Below, in pieces: positions 11,020-25,672 of a stretch of DNA of 64,000 nucleotides. The DNA is from Octopus sinensis (lineage: Eukaryota). The stretch spans positions 35,030,001 through 35,094,000 of the forward strand of contig NC_043004.1 in the NCBI RefSeq assembly GCF_006345805.1, read 5' to 3'. The translations under genes and the position numbers were made by a program. Positions within the stretch are counted from its first letter, which is position 1; each line of letters opens with the position of its first letter. The notes below the pieces were generated by a model. The model saw only the letters and a program-made list of their open reading frames with translations. It did not search any database and was not told the origin of the DNA.

Positions 11020-11260
11020 ATAAAATCAAAACTACTGACAAATGGTACACGCACCACCCTGAGGCTGTAACTGAAGGAGAAAATGTAACTATACTTTTGG
11101 ACTTCCCAGTATGTACAGATTGGCCTATCAAGGCAAATAAGATACTGATGTGAAAGACAAAAGCAATAAAGTCTGTTTATTGATTGACATGAGCATACCA
11201 TGTGACCATAATATCTTGGAAAAAGAATTTGATAAGTTCAGAAAATATGAGATCCTTGGT
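11020..11260 (+). mobile_element. R4/Dong-like endonuclease-region fragment (second subfamily)
   Basis: KWYTHHPEAVTEGENVTILLDFPV..IKANK; VCLLIDMSIPCDHNILEKEFDKFRKY. Confidence 0.75.
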
Positions 11261-13388
11261 AACTGGTTGTATGAGATCCTTGGTAACAGGTTGTTAGGCA
11301 GAACAACTGAAATATAGAGATCTGGGAAGGGAAATGGGGATAATAATTGTTTCTAATATTGGCACAAAACCTGAAATTTGGGAGAAGATTATTCGATTAA
11401 ATGATCCCAGTATTTTACTGGTACTTTATTTTATCAACCTTCAAAGGATGAAAAGCAAAATTGACCTTGTTAAGATTTGAACTCATAATGTAAAGATTTG
11501 GATCAAATACCACATGGTAGTTTGTTTGATGATCTTATGATTCTTCAACTTGATAAAAATATACACACCTATTTAATATAAATAATAAAGTTTTAAAAGA
11601 TCAATAATTCTCATGTGTAGCAATATTTGCTTTATAAAAAGACCATCGTTGTTTAGAAATAATCCAAGAAAATCTTGCTCCATGTTCCATCAATGTGTTT
11701 ATGCTTAATATTTATTTCAACATGCCTTTTAGTGTGATAGAATGAACCAACACACATAAGAAAACAATAAATACAGACACATAAACACTGGAAATATCAT
11801 GTGAGCTTGAATAGTGTTCAATGTTTACCAAAGATCAGAGAAACAACATCAACAGAAAGAGAAAAATCATGAAGATTGTAAACATGTGTGAGATGGTGTA
11901 AATGTATCTATTTGGGTTTTTATCCCACTGTAGTAGCACCTTTCATAAATGTCTTGGGTTGACTGATGCCAGATTTGGTAAACAAAATATCTGTAGCTAC
12001 GTGTATAGATAACATGCAGACGTGGTAGTTTGCTTTGCATACATAAGGTTCTGTGTTCAACCCTACTACGCAGACTTTTGTCTAAGTGTTTACCACAGTC
12101 TTAGATAACACCGGGGTAGAAAAGCTTAACAAGTAAAATCTGGTAGACGGTAATTATGTGATACCTGACCTTGATGATGTATTTTATTACACAAGGTATG
12201 GTAGTTATGACTAATTGAGAAATATTTTTGATCCAAGTTAAGAAATTTCTATCTAGATTTGACTTTTACCTTTTTAATGAAAACCAACTTAAACACAAAA
12301 TGATAATGTACTTTCTGTTTGTCCAGTTGTTACTTTGGCTTGGATAAGATGTTGTTTAACTCTTTAAATCTTTTCTCTTTCTTTCCTGCAATATTGTAGT
12401 AGATGGCAGCTTTATTGAAGCTTATCCTATCTTAAGGTATATTTCTCTTAATACTGCAATTAGATAATTTTAACCAGAGGGTGGTTAGAGTCTTCATTCC
12501 TATAAATAGATAAGCTGATCATTTGACATTCTATATGTTAATTAAATATTTTCTATGTTAATCTAATTAATTTATGACCATCTCTGTAATGTGACAATGT
12601 AACATGGTCATCATTACTCAATCTTATGTGAAAGGTTTGAATTTTGCTTTTAGTGTGATATAATGTATAGAGCAGACAGCTCATATGTCTGTGTAGGTGT
12701 ATGTACATGTGTATATATGGAGGAGGGTCATATTTGTATTATGTATATATGTGTGTGTATATATATATATATCTATCTATATATATATATAATTATTATT
12801 ATTAAATTGAACACCATGCATCCATTTCCAAGTAAATTTACCTTCACCTTTTTGAGGCAACTCTACTCTATACTGTTTTCTTCCTCCATCCTTCTCTAAT
12901 TACCTTTTCCTCCCCTCTCTCTTTTACCGTTTTCTATCTGTCTCTCTCTCTCTCTACTCCTCTTTTTCTTTTCTCTCTCTCGATGCTCACACATGACCAT
13001 TATCCATCTTTCCTTTCCTCATGTGACCATCTTTCTTTTCCTGCTTGGACATTCAAAGGACTGGACGTTTTTCCCTCTCTTTTCTGGGAGGAAAATATTC
13101 CTCCCAGCATTCACTATTTTCCTTTCGTTCTGGTCTAATGACCCTTTATGTTTGTTTTCGTTCGGTTTCCTTGTGTGTCCCCACTATCCTGTTTTAGTTC
13201 CAAACTTATTTTAGAATTTATGGGAGCAACTGTCTTTGATGACTCATATTGTCATTGAATGCTCAAAATGAGGAGTAGATAGACTGCCAACAACTGATGA
13301 AGGGTCGTTTCTCTGTGTTTCCTGTTTTCCATTTTTTCGTCGTTGTTCCCATATTTAACACATTTGTCCACGTATTTTATGTTGTACC

Positions 13389-13435
<47 letters not shown>

Positions 13436-13959
13436 TGCATATATATGTAGGTATACGTTTGTATATGTAAGTATTCGTATGTTGTATTTATATATATATA
13501 TATTATGTTTCTTTTCTGTGTTTATTCTACTGACAGGGCAAAGCATTCCTAAATGCAAAGCCAGAAATCGGGGATCTAGAATTATCCAGTAAATTTTTTA
13601 CTAGTTTTATCTTGTCTCTTTGTTTTCTCTCCGTGTTGATATATGGACAATTAAGGTGGTTTTAGAGTCAGATCATGGCTACTATTTTCAGCATGGTGGT
13701 ATCTCGTAGATACCCTAATTTATAATTTTAATAATTATCACCTTTGAAGGTTATTTTTCCCATGCTGACCACTTGATAAAATCGTTATTTTATTTTATAT
13801 TAACGATCTTATCCTTATTTATATATATAATGTATATATATAAGTAGTTGAATGAATTATCCTAGTATGGATATATAATGTATATATATGTATGTTTGTA
13901 TATATATATGTATATATGTATGTATATATATTTATACACACACACACACACACATACTT

Positions 13960-14480
13960 CACCTTCATTATTTTGCCTCCATTCCTATTCTTGCATTGTT
14001 TGGACTAGTCTTTCCCAATGCTATGTCACCACACTTGTTACAATCCTTTATTGAAATTCATTATTTTGAGAACCATTTTAACATTTCTTTCCATATTTTC
14101 TTTGCTCCTCTTCGTTCACAAACTCCCTCCACACACCACCTGTTGCTTCATCCAACTATCATCTTACACATCTATGCCATACACACATCAGTGCACACTA
14201 CAGCCGATACATCTTCATATAACCTATGTCAATTTTCCCCTCAGCTTACTGATGCTTCATCATTCATGTAACCTTTGCATACCCTGTGTATTTAATACTC
14301 GTATTTCACCATTGTATAATATCAAACTCTGTATGCAGGCATCATAAAATGTGGATTTCACTTGAGGGAAGAATATTTTTGCTACAATGCTTTCCCACCA
14401 ATCTCTGCTGGTTATGTCACCAAGATAAATGAAGAAGTCTACTTCTAGCAAGCCTTGAGGGAATTCAAAGGAATTCATTT
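13960..14480 (-). mobile_element. Old degenerate RTE ORF2 C-terminal fragment
   Basis: EVDFFIYLGDIT and FYDACIQSLILYNGE resemble RTE motifs and the younger copy's LYDACVHTAMLHGSE at 41405-41868. Confidence 0.65.
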
Positions 14481-15784
14481 CAAGAGTGCTAATTAATTTC
14501 TTAAATGTCTAACTCTTCTTATTTCATGTCACAGACATTACTATTACTTCTTTGAACTTATGTGTTGTAGAAAGATCTTTTAGCTTCCATTTATTCTGTC
14601 TCCAGTTAGAGGCCATCAAGTCTTTAGTATTTACAGCTTACTTGTTTCTGCCATTTCATGATAATTATGAGACTTGCATGCTTACCTGAATGGCAGGTAG
14701 GATCAAGTTACTAGGTGGTCTTGTAATGTACATACCTACATAATTCAATGGGGTCAATATGTCATGCATAATAAGATTTTGTGTTAAATTGGTGTTTGAA
14801 AACAGTGGGGAACTAGAAAAAATAAAAATATCAAGCTTGATCTATTTGGCCTCATCGCTGTAGTAGAGTATAACCTTGCGTATGGACCAGTTGTTGTATT
14901 TTTACTTAGAGGAAAGGAGATACATCTTTGACCAAGGATACTTTGCTCAACTGAGGGTATCCTCTACTGACAAGGTCAGGATAGACCAAAACACATGTCC
15001 ATTGCCATTCCCTCATTGCAAGTTTCCCTGTAGTGAGGCTTCTGCCTGCAATTCACTCAGATCCCCAGTTTAGGACAATGGCCTAATTATATAGCCATAA
15101 AGGGCAAATGTCAGCTATGAAACATTAACTGTGTCGCTATAAAAATTATAAATGTTAATGTGATCATATTCAGACCAATCAGATCAGAGAGTGTGTAACC
15201 TAATAAGCAGTAGACTTGAAAGTAAATTTTTGTGAATTTTCCGAAAATAGTTCTGCTGAAGATTCTAGAAGCTTAAATGAAAATTATAAAAAGCTGGGAA
15301 ATTGCACTCTTAAACTGAAAACATCATGGGCTACACACATCTGTTAGTTTTGTGGTAAGTTATCCCCACTTTTTCTATTTATTCTGACTTCAATAAACAT
15401 GAAGAATTTTTATATAATTAAGCTAAAATATTTTATGTAATGAAGACATTTAACTATTGCATTCATTATCTCTTGATCATTATTTTATTCAAATAATTAT
15501 TGCTTGTAAATAAAAATGTTTCAGCTCAACAAATATGGAATGACTGTTCTAACATTAGTTCCATTTCTGTCATTCTTATTTTCGCACAGAGCTCAAAAAT
15601 TATTGTGTACAACCAATGTCAAAGTAATGATAAAGACACACAAAAATGACACATGCTGACCTATGTTGGACTCATCATTTGCATAATCACCGAACCGGGA
15701 GCCTATCTATAGACTGTCCATAGCACTTACTCAGCATTACCTGACACCTTTGGGTCTTCTTGACACCATTACCTCTCATAACCT

Positions 15785-15999
<215 letters not shown>

Positions 16000-16145
16000 T
16001 ACACACACACACACTGTGTTACTGAAATGTAACTTTATAATTAGGCTCTGCTAATTTCATCCTTTATTTTCTTCTATTACATGTGTGTGTGCATGTTCAT
16101 GGGGGGCATATACCCAACATACTGTACACACGCACATATATATAT

Positions 16146-16194
<49 letters not shown>

Positions 16195-16309
16195 ATGTAT
16201 ATATATATGTATATATGTATGTATGTATAACAGGCTTTAACTGTGTCAAGCAGTATATTACTGGTTATGGAATACAATTAGTCAGAATGTTGTGGATGGC
16301 TTCACACCA

Positions 16310-16345
<36 letters not shown>

Positions 16346-16751
16346 TTGACTATGCCGATGCCACATAAAAAGTACCCAGCATACTCTATAAAGTGGTTGG
16401 TGTTAAGAAGGACATCCAGGTGAAGAAACCAAGTCAAATCAAACTGGAATTTTTGTGCAGCTCTGGTCAAATCATCCAGCATCGAAAACAGACATTAAAG
16501 GATGATGATGAGGATGCATGCGTGTATACGCATGTATAGTGTGTGTATTTATGTACACATATAAATATGGTTTTAATGCGTTTTCTTTCTATTGCTAGCC
16601 TATTATTTGGTGTGTTATTCTTGGAGAATTTATGGTGGTAGTAGTGTCTTTTGACATCTATTTTTTTCAGTGCATGGTGAGGCGCAAGCCAAGCCCTTCT
16701 TATAATTATAAACAATTTATATATATATGGAGAGAGAGAGAGAGAGATAGT

Positions 16752-16960
16752 GTGTGTGTGTGTGTTTGTTCCCACCCCAACATCACTTGACATCCAATGC
16801 TGGTGTGTTTACGTCCCTGTAACTCAGCGGTTCGGCAAAAAGAGACTGATAGAATAAGTACTAAGCTTACAAAGAATAAGTCCTGGGGTCGATTTGCTCA
16901 ACTAAAAGGTGGAGTTCCAGCATGGCCGCAGTCAAATGACTGAAACAAATAAAAGAATAA
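16752..16960 (+). mobile_element. Body-only copy of the composite SINE
   Basis: Matches 7290-7491 without the tRNA head. Confidence 0.8.
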
Positions 16961-17574
16961 AACAATATATATATAGTGTATATATGTGTGGGTTGATGAG
17001 CTGATGAAATGGAAATTATCAGCCATGCTCCTAATCAATTGTATTGCCTGTAAGTGACCTGCAGGGAAAACCTAAAATATTTATCAAATTTCATATCAGG
17101 GGATATTTTCTTTGTTTTGTCTTTCTAATCATTTTTTGGTTTTATTTTCCTTATCACATTGTTAACAAAGATATGGAAAATATGATATGGAATGAATATA
17201 TTGAAAATTAGTGCCTGTAATCAATAAATATATTCAAATAACACAATTTAATTAAAAATTTGAATATATAAAGATAAACACACATTATGAATATGCAATG
17301 TGTTTGCATTATTATTATACAATGTGGAAAAATTTAGAAATATACATGTGTCAGTATATCTTTGCTTCTCATTTGAACTGGACACATAAAAGAGAAGGTC
17401 AGCATTGAATGGAAACAAAATCTATATGTGAAAACAAACAGTATTACAATATGCTCCTAAATATCACAAACACATTCATACACATTTATCAACACACATG
17501 TTAATATACATATACATGCACATATAGGAACCTTTTGTATATATACATGCAAATATATATGTATATATTGAATA

Positions 17575-17880
17575 TATCATCATCATCATCGTTTAACGTC
17601 CGTTTTCCGTGCTAGCATGGGTTGGACGGTTCAACCAGGGTCTGGGAAGCCAGGAGGCTGCACCAGGCTCCGGTCTGATCTGGCAATGTTTCTACAGCTG
17701 GATGCCCTTCCTAACACCAACCACTTCGTGAGTGTAGTGGGTCCTTTTTACGTGCCACCGGCACAGGGGTCAGACGGGGCTGGCAAACTGCCACTATCGG
17801 TTGGTGCTTTTACGTGTCACCGACACGGACGCCAGTAAGGCGGCGCTGGCAACTGCCACGTTCGGATGGTGCTTTTAATG
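17575..17880 (-). mobile_element. RTE LINE 3'UTR fragment
   Basis: (CAT)n-CGTTTAACGTCC..GCTAGCATGGGTTGGACGG..GGATGCCCTTCCTAAC; same family as 6110-6495. Confidence 0.8.
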
Positions 17881-17899
17881 TGTATATCTATCTATCTAT

Positions 17900-18755
17900 A
17901 TATATATATATCTATATATATACATCGATACACAAACATATACATATCTCCCACACAAATGCACTCACACATGTATGTATAGAGACACAAACATGCACAT
18001 ATATGTGTGTGTGTGTGTGTGTATGATGTAGGTATATGTGTCTGTCTGTATGTATGTATGTATGTATGGATGGATGTATGTATGTATGTATGTATATATA
18101 GGAAGCAGATCGTTTGAGAAGTAACACATTTTTATTATGTATTAATTTATCATATTCTGATCCTTAAAAAATATCAACCTTCACCTCTGTATTGTTTGCT
18201 TCGTTCTAGAATACCAAAATCAAATTTATCTGTTTATTTATTTATTTATTGATTACAGTTGTTACCTAATTGCTTTTGACCATCAAGGTCATTGATTCAA
18301 ATAATAGAATATTTAATGCATAATAAATCTGTTTTTTTTTTTTTCATGGAATTCAAACAATCTGAAATCTAATTAGAATTAATTGGTAACACATAAAATA
18401 TTCAGTCTTTAACTTCTAAACTAAACATGTTAGAAAACACACACACAAAAGCAATGCAAAAAAAAAAAACTAAATAATTTATAAGCAGAAACTTCTTCAG
18501 AAACACTTCTCTCTCTCTCTCCCCTCTCTCTTTCCATCTTCCCCACTGTGTATATACATACGTATATATATATATATATATATACACACATAAATGTTGA
18601 ACAATGAGAATGAGTACTCAACACCACATTGGCTGATGAAATTTCCTTGTTTGTGTATGAAGGCTACCATAAGTTTCATGTTAAGATATTTTCTTAACAT
18701 GAACCCAGTGGTGACTTCAATACACAATATATATATATGTACAGATATATATATA

Positions 18756-18796
<41 letters not shown>

Positions 18797-19646
18797 ATAT
18801 ATATACATCGATACACAAACATATACATATCTCCCACACAAATGCACTCACACATGTATGTATAGAGACACAAACATGCACATATATGTGTGTGTGTGTG
18901 TGTGTATGATGTAGGTATATGTGTCTGTCTGTATGTATGTATGTATGTATGGATGGATGTATGTATGTATGTATGTATATATAGGAAGCAGATCGTTTGA
19001 GAAGTAACACATTTTTATTATGTATTAATTTATCATATTCTGATCCTTTAAAAAATATCAACCTTCACCTCTGTATTGTTTGCTTCGTTCTAGAATACCA
19101 AAATCAAATTTATCTGTTTATTTATTTATTTATTGATTACAGTTGTTACCTAATTGCTTTTGACCATCAAGGTCATTGATTCAAATAATAGAATATTTAA
19201 TGCATAATAAATCTGTTTTTTTTTTTTTCATGGAATTCAAACATCTGAAATCTAATTAGAATTAATTGGTAACACATAAAATATTCAGTCTTTAACTTCT
19301 AAACTAAACATGTTAGAAAACACACACACAAAAGCAATGCAAAAAAAAAAAACTAAATAATTTATAAGCAGAAACTTCTTCAGAACACTTCTCTCTCTCT
19401 CTCTCCCCTCTCTCTTTCCATCTTCCCCACTGTGTATATACATACGTATATATATATATATAATATATATATATACACACATAAATGTTGAACAATGAGA
19501 ATGAGTACTCAACACCACATTGGCTGATGAAATTTCCTTGTTTGTGTATGAAGGCTACCATAAGTTTCATGTTAAGATATTTTCTTAACATGAACCCAGT
19601 GGTGACTTCAATACACAATATATATATATGTACAGATATATATATA

Positions 19647-19685
<39 letters not shown>
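17900..19685. repeat. Tandem duplication of a ~885-bp unit (2 copies)
   Basis: Anchor CATCGATACACAAAC at 17923 and 18806; anchor GTACAGATA at 18739 and 19630. Junction lies in (TA)n. Confidence 0.95.
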
Positions 19686-19702
<17 letters not shown>

Positions 19703-19734
19703 AATATATATGTATGTATGTATATATGTATGTG

Positions 19735-19920
19735 CTGGTGGCACATAAAAAGCACCCACTACACTCACGGAGTGGTTGGCGTTAAGAAGGGCATCCAGCT
19801 ATAGAAACACTGCCAGATCAGACTGGAGCCTGGTGCAGCCTCCTGGCTTCCCTGACCCAAGTTGAAACGTCCAACCCGTGCTAGCACGGAAAACGGATGT
19901 TAAACGATGATGATGATGAT
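19735..19920 (+). mobile_element. RTE LINE 3'UTR fragment
   Basis: Same terminal 3'UTR, ending TTAAAC(GAT)n. Confidence 0.8.
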
Positions 19921-20072
19921 GTATATAGATGTGAATATAAATACATTTTTTCCCAAATTTGTGTGAATGTGTATAGAATGATATGTCAGTTGAATACAGT
20001 TTAAACACGGTCTGGTTTTCACATTTTTCATTATGGTATTTTAACATTAAAAAAATATTTGGTAATTATATA

Positions 20073-20249
20073 TAGGTGTAAGAGTGGCTGTATGGTAAGT
20101 AGCTTGCTTATGAACCACATGGTTCCAGGTTCGGTCCCACTGTGTGGCACCTTCGGCAAGTATCTTCTACAATAGCCTTTAGCCGACCAAAGCCTTGTGA
20201 GTAGATTTGGTAGACGGAAACTGAAAGAAACCTGTCGTAAATGTATATA

Positions 20250-20312
<63 letters not shown>

Positions 20313-21008
20313 TTAAGGAGTATAATTCCAAACTTATAGGGAAAAAAATCAAATTTCACAATATAAATATATGATATATATAAATTAGAGAAAAAACACT
20401 ATTATGCAATTCAAACAATGATAGACATAAACCAAATCATAAATAAAAAATAAGATCTATTTTAAAATATATAACTAGATCACAACAAGTACAAAAATGA
20501 ATGAACAATATATAATAAGTAATACTTATTATATATATATATACATACACAGTTGAAATATTCCTGTCACCACTTGGGACCTTGAAAACTTCTTAAATGC
20601 AAGAAAGTATACTAGTCCCTTAATATTTGATATTCAATATTTCATCTATTCAATAAGACAATCAATACTTCATTCATTTTACTGTATATACTGTTTATAC
20701 TATATATTCTATATTCTACATTAATATTATAAAGAATATAAATAAAACATAAAAACAGAGTTGGAATTCCTTAGAATAATATATATATATATATGTGTGT
20801 GTATGTTTATGTGCCTGTGTTTGTCCCCCCAAAATTGCTTGACAACCAATGCTGGTGTGTTTACATCCCCGTAGCTTAGCGGTTCTGCAAAAGAGACCGA
20901 TAGAATAAGTACCAGGCTTACAAAGAATAAGTCCTGGGATTGATTTGCTCAACTAAAGGTGGTGCTCCAGCATGGCAACAGTCAAATAACTGAAACAAGT
21001 GAAAGAGG
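20073..21008 (+). mobile_element. Composite SINE with head (20073-20238) and body (20803-21008) separated by ~560 bp of AT-rich sequence
   Basis: Both halves match 7078-7491 in the same orientation and order. Confidence 0.7.
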
Positions 21009-21814
21009 GTAATGTTCATAAAATGTTTTTATGTTTCAACATTTTTTTATGTCCTGTACCCATATATGCATGTATATATACATATAGATGTAGGTATGTA
21101 CATATATGTATGTATATATGCATATATTTATATATTATTTATATTATCATATGATGAAACACCATGCATCCTCTTCCAAGTAAGTTTTATCTTAATAATT
21201 ATAATGCGCACTCTTCAACTTCACTAATTCTCCTCCGTCTATCTCTCTCCCTCTCTTGTTCTTCATCCTTTCTAGTTTTCTCTCCCACCCTTCCCTATTC
21301 TTCTCCTCTCGCCTTCACCGTTTTCTCTCTCTTACTCCTCCTCCTCGACTCTCTTGTCACTGACATGTGATCAGAGAAGCTTGAGCTGGTTTGAGTATGC
21401 AATGTGCATGGAAGAGGATTGCTGTATAACGAAATGCTAAGCACTCTAAAGTGAGTGGAACCAAGGAAGGTTTAACATGAAGTCATGTATGCTAACCTGA
21501 AGACGATCCATATTACAAAGGAGATTACAAAGAACTGGCAATGGATGGTGTTGCAGAAATCAATCCACCAATAGCAAAATGTATTCTGATATAAGAATAG
21601 TGTTTCGAAACCAAATATATATGTTATAAAGCAAAGCCTGCCTTTACAGCTTGCTCCCCTCCTTTGTACCCTCCTCAGCCTTTCAAGTCTCCATACCATC
21701 TGCTGATTGCATCATCCACTTTATTTTAGTCAAACCCCTTCACCGCCCCCCTAGCCTGATATATAAGAAGCAACTTTGGCCTTCTCCTCACTCTCAACCC
21801 AAGACATACCAGCT

Positions 21815-22042
21815 TTAACCCTTTCATTACTATATTTCTTTTGAGATGTTTTGTGTTCCTTTCAATTAATTTAAAATATAATGAAGAATTTAGCAAACTA
21901 ACTTAGTTATCATTCAGCTAGTGTTAAGAACATAAATTGTGACTAAGGTTTGGTGGAAGATTTTAATTCAAAACTTATAAAAACAAGACATTTGTACTCA
22001 GGGCCAGACCGGTTTCAGCCAGGTTAGTAATGAAAGGGTTAA
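21815..22042. mobile_element. piggyBac-type MITE with TTAA target duplication
   Basis: TTAA-CCCTTTCATTACTA ... TAGTAATGAAAGGG-TTAA: perfect 14-bp TIRs. Confidence 0.85.
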
Positions 22043-22404
22043 CTAACCATAATGCCATCCAACATTCATTCTCTCTCTCACCTCCATTGTTACTCAGCAC
22101 CTATATATGCCTTCATCTTATCACTCATCCACAACTGCTTTTGACAATCAGCTCTCTACTGATTCCACCCAACTCCTCTAAAAGCTTTTCCCATCATCTT
22201 ATGTCTTCCCCCATCCTTCCAATGCCTTAATATCTCCTCTCTCCACCCTCCTATGTCACCTGGGCAATTAAGCATGTTGTAGATTATTGAGTACTCTCAA
22301 ACCTCTGCGTATACAACACTGAATCTTAGAAATATACAACACCGCAGAGCCATCCAACTTATTAGGCAGAAAGAGAAGAATAGATATTAAAACTAATGAT
22401 TATA

Positions 22405-22575
22405 TCATTATATATATATATACACACACGCACACGTACATACACACACATATATATATACATACACATATATACACATACATACATACAGACACATATA
22501 TATACATATATATATATACACACACACACACATATATATATATATACACATATATATACACATATATACACACAC

Positions 22576-22616
<41 letters not shown>

Positions 22617-22619
22617 CAC

Positions 22620-22650
<31 letters not shown>

Positions 22651-22801
22651 ATATATATATACACATACACACATATATATACATACATATATATATATAT
22701 ACATACATAAAAAAAAAGATAGACATATCTACCTGTATATATGTATATATATATACATGGATGGATGTTTGTATGTATGTCACTAAGTGTGTGTATGTGT
22801 G

Positions 22802-22832
<31 letters not shown>

Positions 22833-22860
22833 ATGTATGTATATAATGCACATATATATA
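22405..22860. repeat. (TA)n/(CA)n compound microsatellite
   Basis: Direct inspection. Confidence 0.95.
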
Positions 22861-24400
22861 TCGATGGAGGGGAAACAGAGAGGTATGTATTTGCTAATTA
22901 GCAATCAAACCAAAAGTGACATGAGATTCTCAGAATATAAAAAAAGAAAACGTTGAGTGAAACAAAGATTTGTTAGGTATTTGTCAAGCATTTCAATACT
23001 TACACCATCTATGGTAGTGTCACATAATGCATATTTGTTCAGGCTCTGCTAATTGATGAGAAGATGCATTGTCGAAGGCATAGAAAGATATGCTACCGTA
23101 ATAAAGGCTACTGTGGTCCGTTAGCGCTTTATGGAAATGTGCAAAACAGATTGAATATGGTTAAACTGATAATGCAAGAATCAATAAATGGCATCCATCA
23201 TTGTGAAAGAGGTAAGCAGAGAAAGGTAGAAGAATCTGGCAGGGTGGGAGGAAATGGGGTTGTGGAGATATGTTGATTCAAACAGACAATATGTGAATAG
23301 GATGTCAATACATTGGTAAAAATACGCCATGAATAGGTGTTACGATATAAATTAGATACTAGAGAGTGATAATATCACTTTATATAACAATTATAACTCT
23401 TGGACAGAACATTCTATGTGAATCAGTAAATTTCTAGCCCTATTCAACCCACCCAAACATGAAACCTGCACCTAATATTAACTATAATACTGAGAAAGTG
23501 ATACTCATTTAATAAAAAATAACGATAATTCATTTATATAGTTGGGTTTTTTTTAACTGAGAACACCCTCCCTTTGGGAAATATTGTTGACTGCCTACCC
23601 TTAAGGAGTAAATTCTTTATGATCCTTCTTAGGTACTGGCCCCACTTGTCAAAAATCTAAACAATCACTGGGAAAAGGGACTCCGATTGAGCCTTCGGGG
23701 ATCTACATGTAATTGTTGTTGCTTAACCACAAGTCAACTCTAACAAGGCAGAGAGAACTGTGGTCGAAAATATTCCAATATTGATCATCTTGTCTTATAG
23801 TCAGACACATTTTATCTTCGAAGAGTTCTTCATTTTTTTAAAAGAGTAGAGTTGTGTTTCCCAACATTTCTACTTTCAAGAATCCCCTTTTATATATATG
23901 TATTTCCTTAAAACCTCCAGTTTTTACAAAAGTTCTCTACTCAACAAAATTTGAACAGAGCCTGTGGGGTCCACTGCCAGTACAACCTTACTTGATCGCA
24001 CCAAGGTATCTGTGGGCCCCTTAATGGAAGCCATTATTCTAAGGAGTAATTTGAGAGAAATTTGGATGTTATTTCTTGCAGGTTGAGCAACTTTGTAAAA
24101 GATTCCTCATTTGCTCAATGAATATTTAACCATCTGAGTAAGAATGAGCAGTAAAAGAGATCTACAGTGGCATGTGTGCAGACTTTAGGAAAGAAAATAA
24201 ACGTCTGAAAGTCTATTTATGAAAAGAAATGGTCTCACAAGCCTGGACAATCAAACAGCCATCAAGAACTACAAATAATTTCTTTTTGAAAAACCCTACT
24301 TTCTCAAACACTTACTTCACTTTCAGACTTATTCCTCAACTTCCAGCTGCTCCATACTCTTTGCAGTTTTGATAGATTAAACCCATACATATATATATAT

Positions 24401-24690
24401 GTGGAGGCGCAATGGCCTAGTGGTTAGGGCAGCGGACTCACGGTCGTAGGACACAGTTTCAATTCCCAGACCGGGCGTTGTGAGTGTTTATTGAGCGAAA
24501 ACACCTAAAAGCTCCACGAGGCTCCGGCAGGGGGTGGTGATCCCTGCTGTACTCTTTCACCACTCTTTCTTCTGTTGGCCTGCTCGCTTAGCCAGCGGGG
24601 TGGCGTCATTCGAAGGCTAAAACAATGTGAACGCATTGTGACCAGCGATGTGTAACTACATCTGATGGACTGGTCGAAAGGAAACAAAGG
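24401..24690 (+). mobile_element. tRNA-derived SINE (second family)
   Basis: GTGGAGGCGCAATGGCCTAGTGGTTAGGGCAGCGG head with A-box and degenerate B-box, followed by a CpG-rich body. Confidence 0.7.
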
Positions 24691-25159
24691 AAATATATAT
24701 ATATGGGTTTAAGTGAGATAAAAGTAAGAATTGTCCAAGCTGAAACATATCTAGCATGAATATCATTTTACCCTGATGAAGGAGACATTCTCTGAAAATG
24801 AATCCCAAGATTAATTTGTTATTTGGACAAATGAACCCCAGAAACGATCGTTGGAATACTTTATTTTCTTCTACCATGTAATCCAGTGCCTATTAGTTTC
24901 TCTATACCATATCTTGATTTAAAAAAAAAAAAACGCTTAATTCTATATTCCATTATTATTATGTTTATATATCCATATATTTATATGTCCATGTTTATTT
25001 TTAGTATTCATATATTCTTATATCTCTAATATATAAATATATATTTTAACTTGGATATTTCTTATTTCTATCTTAATTAAACCTGTATATATATGTGCTA
25101 ACCTTAGTTTGCCTGTTTTTCTATTGTATCCATTATACATACATATATTAATAATACAT

Positions 25160-25447
25160 ACCTATTCTTTGTAAGCTTAGTACTTATTCTATTAGTCTCT
25201 TTAACCAAACCGCTAAATTACACACCTACATCAGTTGTCAAGCAATGGTGGGGGAACAAACACAGACACACAAATACATATATATAAGACAGGCTTCTTT
25301 CAGTTTCCATCTACCAAATCCACTCACAACGATGTGATCAGCCCGAAGCTATAGTAGAACACACTTGCCCAAGGTGCCACACAATGGGACTGAACCCAGA
25401 GCCATGTTGGTTGGAAGCAAGCCTCTTAACACACAGCCACTTCTGCA
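25160..25447 (-). mobile_element. Composite CORE-like SINE, body partly deleted
   Basis: Same family as 1275-1702. Confidence 0.75.
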
Positions 25448-25449
25448 TC

Positions 25450-25615
25450 TATTATTTATTTCTCTCTTTGTTTTTTTCTGTGTATCTTTCTGTCGAAGAG
25501 CATAGGCTCGAAACGTAAAAGACTTTTTCTATTCCTGAGTGTTATTCTAATACATTTGTTTGTTTGTACTCCACTTGCCTTCGTCCTTTGTTTATTTTCG
25601 TAAGCTTTCCCTTTA
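25450..25615 (+). mobile_element. Penelope-like terminal fragment with hammerhead fold, ending at (TA)n
   Basis: Hammerhead at 25485-25522, then TTCCTGAG..AATACA, a pyrimidine-rich tail and (TA)n. Confidence 0.5.
25485..25522 (+). ncRNA. Minimal type-I hammerhead ribozyme, core variant CUGUCGA
   Basis: TCTTT-CTGTCGA-A-GAGC(ATAG)GCTC-GAAAC-GTA-AAAGA. Perfect 5-bp stem I, 4-bp stem II, palindromic ACGT stem III and GUA cleavage triplet. Confidence 0.65.
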
Positions 25616-25622
25616 TATATAT

Positions 25623-25672
<50 letters not shown>

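Noticed and set aside
13294-13330. CTGATGA-AGGG hammerhead-like start
   Set aside because: No matching CCC-GAAA or stem III downstream.
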